Shown: positions 56,714 to 64,000 of the stretch, piece after piece | How positions within the stretch are numbered: position 1 is the stretch's first letter | Layout: each line of letters begins with the position of its first letter | Assembly: GCA_963791005.1 (NCBI GenBank) | Contig: CAWBQR010000020.1 | Span: forward strand, 47,322 to 111,321 | Origin: an uncultured delta proteobacterium | GTDB lineage: Bacteria > Desulfobacterota > Desulfuromonadia > Desulfuromonadales > CAWBQR01 | Length of the DNA stretch: 64,000 bases | Direction of reading: 5' to 3' | Program-made: the position numbers and the translations under genes | Notes under the pieces: generated by a model | What the model was told of the DNA's origin: nothing | The model's input: only the letters and a program-made list of their open reading frames with translations | The model's database searches: none

Positions 56714-58894
56714 ATGATAGCCTTCATCATTGTCCTGGTGCTTCTTCTGTCCCGTTTCGAGCCCGAACTCTTTGAACTGACCTCCAGGATTCCGGTCTCC
56801 AACAGCATTCTCATCCTGGCCCTCATCAACCTCAACATCCTGTTCATCATCCTCTGCCTCTTTCTGGTCTTTCGCAACATCTTCAAACTCATCCTCGAAC
56901 GGCGCAGGGGCATCCCCGGCGCCCGGCTGCGGACCAAACTGGTGGTGGCCTTCGTCGCCCTTTCCCTGGTCCCCACCATGTTGCTTTTTTTCGTCTCGGC
57001 GGGCTTCATTACCAATTCCATCGAAAACTGGTTCAATGCCCAGATTGAATCCTCCCTCCAGGAATCCCTGGAGGTGGCCCAGACCTATTACAAAAATTCC
57101 GCCACCAACGCTCTGTACTATGCCGACCAGATCTCCCGGATCATCAAAGAGGAGAAGCTGCTCAACGAAGAGAACCTGCCCAAGCTGAAGGATCTGATCA
57201 AGCAAAAGCAAACCGGAATACAATCTGGGCGTGGTGGAGGTCTTTTCCTCGACCTTCGAGGAACTCGTCAGGGCCTCCAACCCCCAGGTCCCGCCGCCGA
57301 ATTTACCGATCCGGGCTCGGACAACATCCGCGAGGCGCTGCAGGGAAACCGTTTTACCCGCATCACCCCCATCGGCAAAGCGGACCTCATCCGGGGCATC
57401 GTTCCGGTCTATTCCAACTGGAATCCCAACGACGTGGTCGGGGCGGTGGTCGTCAACTATTACGTGCCCTACTCTCTGGTCAACAAAATGAAGGAGATTT
57501 CCACCTCCTTCGAACAGTACAAGGACGCCAAGGCTCTCAAGGGCAATATCCAGAAGGGCTATGTCGTCGTGCTGCTCCTCATCGCCCTGATCATCATTTT
57601 CCTCGCCACCTGGTTCGGCTTTCACCTGGCCCGGGGGATTACCGTGCCGATTCAGGAGCTGGCCGAGGCCACCGACCGGGTCGCGGGCGGTGACCTCGAT
57701 GTCCACATCGACGTGCGCAGCGACGACGAGATCGGCTCCCTGGTGAATGCCTTCAACAAGATGACCGCCGACCTGCGCCGGGGACAGCAGGCAATCAACC
57801 AGGCCAACAGGGAGCTTCGGGGCTCAAACATGGAGCTGGACCAGCGCCGCCGCTACATGGAAATCGTCTTGCGCAACGTCACGGCCGGAGTCATCTCCGT
57901 CGACAAGCAGGGGAGCATCACCACCATAAACAAATCTGCGGAAACACTTCTGAAGATAAAAACTCCCCGGGTGCTGGGAAAAAATTTCCGACAGGTGGTC
58001 AGTTCCGAGCACCTTCCGATGATCAAGGAATTTCTCAAGGAGCTGATGGACTCGGAGAAAAACTCCATCAGCAAACAGGTCACACTGACGGTGGCCGACA
58101 ACAAGCTCACCCTCCTGGTCAACGTGACCACCCTGCGGGATGAAAACGGGGAATTCATGGGGACCGTGGTGGTTTTCGACGATCTGACTCACCTGATCAA
58201 AGCCCAGCGCATGGCCGCCTGGCGGGAGGTGGCCCGACGGATCGCCCATGAAATCAAAAACCCCCTCACCCCGATACAGCTCTCGGCCCAGAGACTGCGC
58301 CGGCGGTATCTGAACCGCTTCTCCGCGGAAGACAACGTCTTTGACGAATGCACCAACATGATCGTCAAGCAGGTGGACGAGCTGAAAAACCTGGTGAACG
58401 AATTTTCCAACTTTGCCAGGATGCCCGCCAGCAACCCAACGCCGAACGACCTGAACGAAATCGTCTCCGAAGCCCTGGTTCTCTTCCAGGAAGGGCACAA
58501 GGACATCGTTTTCTCCTTCCGTCCCGATCCCAGGGTTCCCCTTTTCAATATCGACAGGGACCAGATCAAGCGGGTCGTAATCAACCTCCTCGACAACGCC
58601 GTCGGAGCTGTTGCCGGGGATGGGGCGATTGAGGTGGAAACCCGTTTCAACAATGCCCTGCAGATGGTCACCTTTTCTGTAGCCGATACCGGCTGCGGCA
58701 TTCCTCCCGAGGATAAACCGCGGCTTTTCGAACCCTATTTTTCCACCAAGAAATCCGGCACGGGTCTCGGACTGGCTATCGTTGCCACCATCGTCTCGGA
58801 CCACAACGGCTACATCCGGGTCAAGGACAACCACCCCAGGGGAACCCGGTTTCTGGTTGAACTCCCGGTCAACGGGAACAACGTAAAGCTCTGA
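56714..58894 (+). CDS. ntrY: NtrY-like sensor histidine kinase (TM-HAMP-PAS-HisKA-HATPase)
   Basis: 726-aa ORF; H box HEIKNPLTPI, N box LLDNAVGA, G boxes DTGCGI and GTGLGLAIV. The N-terminus may extend to ATG 56675 if a 1-nt indel is assumed. Confidence 0.8.
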   Translation: MIAFIIVLVLLLSRFEPELFELTSRIPVSNSILILALINLNILFIILCLFLVFRNIFKLILERRRGIPGARLRTKLVVAFVALSLVPTMLLFFVSAGFITNSIENWFNAQIESSLQESLEVAQTYYKNSATNALYYADQISRIIKEEKLLNEENLPKLKDLIKQKQTGIQSGRGGGLFLDLRGTRQGLQPPGPAAEFTDPGSDNIREALQGNRFTRITPIGKADLIRGIVPVYSNWNPNDVVGAVVVNYYVPYSLVNKMKEISTSFEQYKDAKALKGNIQKGYVVVLLLIALIIIFLATWFGFHLARGITVPIQELAEATDRVAGGDLDVHIDVRSDDEIGSLVNAFNKMTADLRRGQQAINQANRELRGSNMELDQRRRYMEIVLRNVTAGVISVDKQGSITTINKSAETLLKIKTPRVLGKNFRQVVSSEHLPMIKEFLKELMDSEKNSISKQVTLTVADNKLTLLVNVTTLRDENGEFMGTVVVFDDLTHLIKAQRMAAWREVARRIAHEIKNPLTPIQLSAQRLRRRYLNRFSAEDNVFDECTNMIVKQVDELKNLVNEFSNFARMPASNPTPNDLNEIVSEALVLFQEGHKDIVFSFRPDPRVPLFNIDRDQIKRVVINLLDNAVGAVAGDGAIEVETRFNNALQMVTFSVADTGCGIPPEDKPRLFEPYFSTKKSGTGLGLAIVATIVSDHNGYIRVKDNHPRGTRFLVELPVNGNNVKL

Positions 58895-58943
58895 GCTTCC
58901 CCTCTCCAGGAAGGGAAGGACTCTTTCAGACAGGAAAACAGTC

Positions 58944-60308
58944 ATGAAAACTATCCTCGTTGTCGACGACGAACAGAGTATCCGTGAAAGCCTGATGGGA
59001 ATCCTCCAGGACGAAGGATTCAGGACCCTCTTCGCCCAGAACGGAGAGGAAGGCCTAGCCCTTTTGAGGGAGGAAAGCCCGGACCTGATCCTTCTGGACA
59101 TCTGGATGCCGGGGATCGATGGTATCGAGACCCTCCGACGGATCCGAGAGACCTATCCCGAGCAACTGGTCATCATGATGAGCGGCCACGGCACCATCGA
59201 AACCGCAGTGAAGGCGACCAAGCTCGGCGCCTATGACTTCATTGAGAAGCCCCTTTCCCTGGAGAAGGTTCTGCTCTGCATTCAGAACGCCATGAAAATC
59301 GGGCAACTGGTGGAGGAAAACCGTTCCCTGAAGGCCAAGCTCGCCAAAGAATATGAAATGATTGGCGACAGCTCCGCCATCCGGAACCTGAAGAGCCAGA
59401 TTGCAATTGCCGCTCCGACCTCCGGCTGGGTTCTCATTACGGGGGAAAACGGAACGGGCAAGGAGTTGGTGGCCCGGGCGATTCACAGTCTCTCACAACG
59501 CAGGGAAAACCCTTTTATCGAGGTGAACTGCGCCGCCATACCCGAAGAGCTGATCGAATCGGAGCTTTTCGGCCATGAAAAAGGCGCCTTTACCGGAGCC
59601 CTGGCCCTGCGCAAGGGAAAGTTCGACCTGGCCCACGAGGGAACGTTGTTCCTGGATGAAATCGGGGACATGAGCCTTAAAACCCAGGCCAAGGTCCTGC
59701 GTATCCTCCAGGAGCGCAAATTCGAGCGGGTCGGAGGAAGCAGGACGATTGAGGTCGACGTCCGGGTCATCGCCGCCACCAACAAGAATCTGGAGGAGGA
59801 AATTAGGGCCGGCAATTTTCGTGAAGACCTCTATTACCGCCTGAATGTTCTTCCGTTCCATGTCCCCTCCCTGCGGGATCGCTCCGAGGACGTCCCCAAA
59901 CTGGCCAACCATTTTCTGGCCTTTTTCTGCAGCAAGGAAAGCCGGGAGACCAAAACCTTCTCTCCGGCAGCCATGGAAGCCCTGCTGAACTACTCCTGGC
60001 CGGGAAATGTACGGGAGTTGAAGAACCTCATCGAGCGGCTGGTCATCATGACCCAGCACCAGGTCATCGAAGAAAAGCATCTTCCTCCATCGGTCTTTTC
60101 CAAACGGCCGGGAGGCCGGGTCCTTCCTCCTGCCGGCGGGGAAACCGCGACTTTCAGGGAGGCCAAGGAAGATTTCGAGAAGGGGTATCTCCTCCAGAAG
60201 CTCGAAGAAAACGACTGGAACATCTCCCGCACGGCCGAAGCCATCGAAATGGAGAGGTCCAACCTCCACCGCAAAATCAAATCCTTCGGAATCGAACTCA
60301 AGAAATAG
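58944..60308 (+). CDS. ntrX: Sigma54-dependent response regulator (NtrX/AtoC-like)
   Basis: Receiver (DLILLDIWMPGIDG), AAA+ (GENGTGKE, GAFTGA, DEIGDM), C-terminal HTH; 454 aa, intact. Confidence 0.85.
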   Translation: MKTILVVDDEQSIRESLMGILQDEGFRTLFAQNGEEGLALLREESPDLILLDIWMPGIDGIETLRRIRETYPEQLVIMMSGHGTIETAVKATKLGAYDFIEKPLSLEKVLLCIQNAMKIGQLVEENRSLKAKLAKEYEMIGDSSAIRNLKSQIAIAAPTSGWVLITGENGTGKELVARAIHSLSQRRENPFIEVNCAAIPEELIESELFGHEKGAFTGALALRKGKFDLAHEGTLFLDEIGDMSLKTQAKVLRILQERKFERVGGSRTIEVDVRVIAATNKNLEEEIRAGNFREDLYYRLNVLPFHVPSLRDRSEDVPKLANHFLAFFCSKESRETKTFSPAAMEALLNYSWPGNVRELKNLIERLVIMTQHQVIEEKHLPPSVFSKRPGGRVLPPAGGETATFREAKEDFEKGYLLQKLEENDWNISRTAEAIEMERSNLHRKIKSFGIELKK

Positions 60309-60381
60309 GAAGTACCGCCCGGGATGGGAGGCGCCAAGCAGTAAGAAAACAAGACGGAAAGCTTCTCAGTATCCATGACGC

Positions 60382-60411
60382 AAAAAAGCCCCGCCGAAGA
60401 GGCGGGGCTTT
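60382..60411. terminator. Terminator shared by convergent ntrX and csp genes
   Basis: GCCCCGCC-gaaga-GGCGGGGC with A6 on one side and TTTCAATTT on the other. Confidence 0.8.
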
Positions 60412-60437
60412 CAATTTCGTCATTTTGTGGAAGCCCG

Positions 60438-60638
60438 TCAGGGGCGGACCACATTTTGGGCCTGGGGGCCCTTGGGACCCTGGATGATGGTGAAGGAAAC
60501 CTCCTCGCCCTGGGCAAGGGTTTTAAACCCCTCCATTTCGATGGCTGAGAAATGAACGAAAACGTCCGGCCCGCCATTCTGCTCGATAAAACCGAAGCCT
60601 TTGGCATCATTGAACCATTTTACCGTACCTTTTGTCAT
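60438..60638 (-). CDS. Cold-shock protein (CspA family)
   Basis: [20 protein letters not shown]...DVFVHFSAI: RNP1/RNP2 motifs; 66 aa. Confidence 0.95.
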   Translation of the reverse strand: MTKGTVKWFNDAKGFGFIEQNGGPDVFVHFSAIEMEGFKTLAQGEEVSFTIIQGPKGPQAQNVVRP

Positions 60639-60856
60639 CTTCTTCCTCTCCTGTTCTCATGAAGCTCCGACATCCCCCGGAATATCCCCGGGAAAACCAT
60701 GGCCTCCCATACTGTACCGGTTTTAACGAAAAAATCAATGAGTATCTGTTAAAAAAATCATTAATTGCCGCGATCCCGCCGGGCAAAAAGGTATTGTGCT
60801 CCGGGAAAAGCGTCCTCATTCCGTCTCCCGGAAAGAGCCTCCCCCGGCGGTTTCCC

Positions 60857-61102
60857 TCAGGCGCGAGCAGGATTTCCGGTCGAAGTCTCCTTCGCCAACC
60901 GGGACAGGCAGGCGGCACAGATAGTGGCGGTATCGATTTCGCAAATATTTTTCCGAATCTGATACCCCGGACCGGGCGTCGCCCCCTGGTATTTTCCGCA
61001 CCAGGCGCAGTACTTGAGCAAAAAACCCTCCAGTGAAAATTGATGGCGTCGCCATCCCATCAGTTGTTGCGAAAGCATCAAAATTCTTCCGGTTTCCCGC
61101 AC
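60857..61102 (-). CDS. Possible small zinc-ribbon protein (CxxC...CxxC)
   Basis: 81-aa ORF with YCAWCGK and ICAACL pairs and acceptable codon usage; no homology recognised. Lies between pepA and csp. Confidence 0.3.
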   Translation of the reverse strand: MRETGRILMLSQQLMGWRRHQFSLEGFLLKYCAWCGKYQGATPGPGYQIRKNICEIDTATICAACLSRLAKETSTGNPARA

Positions 61103-61130
61103 AAACTCCCCCGGAAACAGCTCCGTTTCC

Positions 61131-62624
61131 TCAGGAGAGGTATTCGATCAGCAGGCGCACGCCTACGCCCGTCGCCCCACGGGGAAGATAGGAACGGCCC
61201 TTGTCCTCCCAGGCGGTGCCGGCGATATCGAGATGCGCCCAGGTAAATCCCTCGGCAAATTTCTGAAGAAAGGCCGCGGCGGTTATGGTCCCGGCGGGGC
61301 GGCCTCCGATATTCTTGACGTCGGCAATCTCGCTCTTGAGCTGGCCGGCGTAATCCTCCCACAGGGGCAGCTGCCAGAGCCTTTCACCCGTTGCATCCCC
61401 CGCCTTGATGAGCTGCCGGAGCAAACCTTCGTGATTTCCCATCACCGCAGTCGCATGGTGCCCGAGGGCGATGATGCAGGCGCCGGTCAGGGTCGCGAGG
61501 TCGATAACCACCCGGGGATTGAAACGCTTTGCGAAGGTCAGGGCATCGGCGAGTATGAGCCGTCCCTCGGCGTCGGTGTTGAGCACTTCGATGGTCTTGC
61601 CCGAGAGGGAGGTCAGAATGTCCCCGGGACGAAGGGCGCTTCCCGAGGGGAGATTTTCAACCGCCGGGACAATCCCGACCAGGTTGAGGGGAAGCTTCAG
61701 CAGGGCGGCGGCGAGCAAGGTGCCCATCACGGCCGCTCCTCCCGCCATGTCCATCTTCATTTCGTCCATCTTCTCCGCCGGTTTGAGGGAAATGCCCCCC
61801 GCATCGAAGACGACTCCTTTGCCGACCAGAACGATAGGGCGGGCATCGCCGTTGCCTCCGGCGTACTCCAGGACTATCAGGCGCGGCTCTCGCACGCTTC
61901 CCTGCGCCACCCCGAGCAGGGCGCCCATGCCTTCCTTCTCCAGTTCGTCCTTTTCCAGGACGGTGCATTTGAGGCCCCCCTCCCGGGCGACGGAACGGGC
62001 CTGCTCCGCCATGAATTCCGGGGACTTCACATTTCCCGGCTCGTTGACCAGGTCCCTGGCCATAAGGACTCCGCGGCAGATGCCCTGGGCCCGGGCCACC
62101 CCCTCTTCAGCCTCGCGGAGCTGGGCCTGGGTTTCCACCAGAAGGGTCGCTTCCCTGAGGGGCTGGGGCAAATCCTCCCGCTTTTCCGTCCTGTAGCGGT
62201 CGAATCGGTAAGTGGCGAGAAGCAGTCCCTCCGTCGCCCCTTTGGCCTTGCGCCTGACATCCATCCCCTTGAGGGAACAGGAGGCGAGGTCCAGAACGCA
62301 ACCGTCGATACTTTTTCCCTGCAGGAAGGAGGCCGCCGTGCCGGCGGCCTGCCGGAGGCGGTCGGCGCTCCCCTTTTTCTCCTTCCCCAGGCCGACGAGG
62401 AGGACCCGTTCGGCAGGCAGGCGCCTGCCCGGATGCAGCAGCAGGGTCTGCCCATTTTTCCCGGAAAACTCCTTCTCCCGCACCGCTCGGCTCAGAGCGC
62501 CGTCCAAGGCCTCATCCACCCCCTTGAGAAGGGGCGTGGAGAATTTTCCTTCAAGTGCCCCGAGGATCAGGCAGGGGGTCTTCTGTCTGAGTGGATCGCC
62601 CTTTTTGACCTTGATTCTATCCAT
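61131..62624 (-). CDS. pepA: Leucyl aminopeptidase (M17)
   Basis: 497-aa intact ORF; VGKGVVFDAGGISLKP, NTDAEGRLILADAL. Confidence 0.9.
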   Translation of the reverse strand: MDRIKVKKGDPLRQKTPCLILGALEGKFSTPLLKGVDEALDGALSRAVREKEFSGKNGQTLLLHPGRRLPAERVLLVGLGKEKKGSADRLRQAAGTAASFLQGKSIDGCVLDLASCSLKGMDVRRKAKGATEGLLLATYRFDRYRTEKREDLPQPLREATLLVETQAQLREAEEGVARAQGICRGVLMARDLVNEPGNVKSPEFMAEQARSVAREGGLKCTVLEKDELEKEGMGALLGVAQGSVREPRLIVLEYAGGNGDARPIVLVGKGVVFDAGGISLKPAEKMDEMKMDMAGGAAVMGTLLAAALLKLPLNLVGIVPAVENLPSGSALRPGDILTSLSGKTIEVLNTDAEGRLILADALTFAKRFNPRVVIDLATLTGACIIALGHHATAVMGNHEGLLRQLIKAGDATGERLWQLPLWEDYAGQLKSEIADVKNIGGRPAGTITAAAFLQKFAEGFTWAHLDIAGTAWEDKGRSYLPRGATGVGVRLLIEYLS

Positions 62625-62639
62625 TGTCCATGCAACCTT

Positions 62640-64000
62640 TCATAGTGTGGAATAACGTTCCAAATAGCTATTTTTCCAATACTTCTTTACTCCTTCAGAA
62701 ACATTGAGACATAGGGAGAGAATCGCCGCCACCGCCTCCAGTTCGGCCAGCCCGCGGCCCTCTTCCAGGGCCAGGGTAGTGCGACGACGCAGGACATCCT
62801 CGGGAGACCTGGCAAACTCAAACCCAGCGCCGTAGACGACCTGTACTGCCAGCAGGGAGGAGCCTGGCGCCACCGGTCGTGCCAGGGCTGGATCTTCCTG
62901 AAGCAGCGACAGAAGGTGTCGGGTCCTGGAGCCGTAACGATTCAGCAACTCCACCAGTACCTTGGTGGAAAGTCCATATTTGCCCGAGAGGACGGGAGCC
63001 TCCCTTCGCAGGAAGGAGGCAAAGTGGCCCGTGATCCCTCCCGGCAGAGGGATGCGGTGGGTGATGCTCCGCCCCCTGCCGCGACCCAACCGCTCCGTTA
63101 CCCGGGCCGCCACCTTCGCTGCAACCGTGCGGTACGTCGTGTACTTGCCGCCCCCGACCGAAATCAGCCCCGAAGCCGATTCAAAAATACGGTGTTCTCG
63201 AGATACGCGAAACGCCTTCACCGACTTTTCGGCGACCAGGGGCCTCAAACCGGAGAAAGCGGCCACTACGTCGCTGCGCCGGAGGGTAGTTCCTCGCAGG
63301 TGCCGTCCCGTTTCAGCCAGAAGATAATCGATATCTTCCTCGGCCGGGGATACCGCGTCCGGGTCCCCTGGAAAATCGACGTCCGTCGTCCCGATCAGCG
63401 AAAGCCCCCCCCAGGGAATGACGAAAAAGAGTCGATCGTCACGACCGGCGGTGAGATACAAGGCTTCCTCCCCGTGGTTGATGCGGGGCACCAGAATGTG
63501 GGTCCCACGGGTCGGGCGCAGCTTGCCCTCGGGTTCCCCATCCAGCGCGCAAAGCTTGTCGAGCCAGGGGCCTGAGGCGTTGACCACCACCTCGGCCTCA
63601 ACCTCCAGGTCCTCTCCGGTTTCCCGGTCGCGCAGGAGCGCTCCGCGAAGACGTCCCCTGTCCTTGAGAAACGCCGTCACTTCGAGATAATTTTCCACCA
63701 TGGCCCCCGCCTTGACGGCAGCAAGCACGTTTTCCAGGCAGAGCCGCGCATCATCCATGCGACAATCCCAGTAAAGGGCCACGCCGGAGAGGCCTTCGGT
63801 CCTCAGGGCCGGCTCACGGGCCGTCGCCTCGGTTGCAGACAGAATGCTGTGATGGTGGGTATTGCGAAACATGGCCAGGGTGTCGTACAAGGTCATGCCG
63901 GCCCGAATGGTCAACAGGGAGCGGGGGTCTTGCTCATATACCGGGATGAAAAAAGGAATCGGTCGCACCAGATGGGGAGCGATGGACTGCAGGATGCGCC
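62640..64000 (-). CDS. glpD: FAD-dependent glycerol-3-phosphate dehydrogenase/oxidase, N-terminus outside window
   Basis: Frame open to the window edge; ...NASGPW...GTHILV...LIGTTD...FSGLRPLV...ISVGGGKYTTYR... pattern of GlpD/GlpO. Confidence 0.8.
   Translation of the reverse strand, partial: RILQSIAPHLVRPIPFFIPVYEQDPRSLLTIRAGMTLYDTLAMFRNTHHHSILSATEATAREPALRTEGLSGVALYWDCRMDDARLCLENVLAAVKAGAMVENYLEVTAFLKDRGRLRGALLRDRETGEDLEVEAEVVVNASGPWLDKLCALDGEPEGKLRPTRGTHILVPRINHGEEALYLTAGRDDRLFFVIPWGGLSLIGTTDVDFPGDPDAVSPAEEDIDYLLAETGRHLRGTTLRRSDVVAAFSGLRPLVAEKSVKAFRVSREHRIFESASGLISVGGGKYTTYRTVAAKVAARVTERLGRGRGRSITHRIPLPGGITGHFASFLRREAPVLSGKYGLSTKVLVELLNRYGSRTRHLLSLLQEDPALARPVAPGSSLLAVQVVYGAGFEFARSPEDVLRRRTTLALEEGRGLAELEAVAAILSLCLNVSEGVKKYWKNSYLERYSTL

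Overview
High-GC bacterial chromosomal window, about 60 genes, mostly housekeeping and energy metabolism. By inference only, gene content and order resemble Desulfuromonadales/Geobacter-type Deltaproteobacteria. Recognisable blocks: hrpB and peptidases (0-6.5 kb); a predicted c-di-GMP receptor, TPR protein and acpH (6.6-10 kb); three radical-SAM genes with a rhodanese/ferritin-like fusion and a large orphan protein (10.5-18 kb); a cation antiporter; a Tat-exported IorAB-type molybdoenzyme operon with xdhC and mocA (20-24 kb); a repetitive coiled-coil gene pair (26.3-28.5 kb); a crcB/DUF190/TerB/methyltransferase operon; rpoH; two paralogous acetyl-CoA hydrolase/transferase genes flanking bamD; yedF plus tRNA-Sec; a caa3-type oxidase cluster followed by Rieske/cytochrome b-c genes (37.9-44.2 kb); glpX; yebC-ruvCAB; a 784-aa orphan; queH; ubiB; lpxC; an NtrY/NtrX-like sigma54 two-component pair; csp; pepA; partial glpD. 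No rRNA, CRISPR array, transposase or integrase was seen. Three things stand out. (1) Twenty-one otherwise full-length genes are broken by single-base indels that occur in patches. I type them 'pseudogene' only in the as-sequenced sense and suspect sequence-quality artefacts. (2) Intergenic regions carry many 7-nt and 9-nt tandem arrays, often as a short inverted arm facing a longer direct array. (3) Several uncharacterised loci are candidates for new biology: the coiled-coil pair with a duplicated terminal domain, the 784-aa orphan after ruvB, and the radical-SAM neighbourhood. All calls rest on reading the translated ORFs and the DNA by eye; no searches were run.
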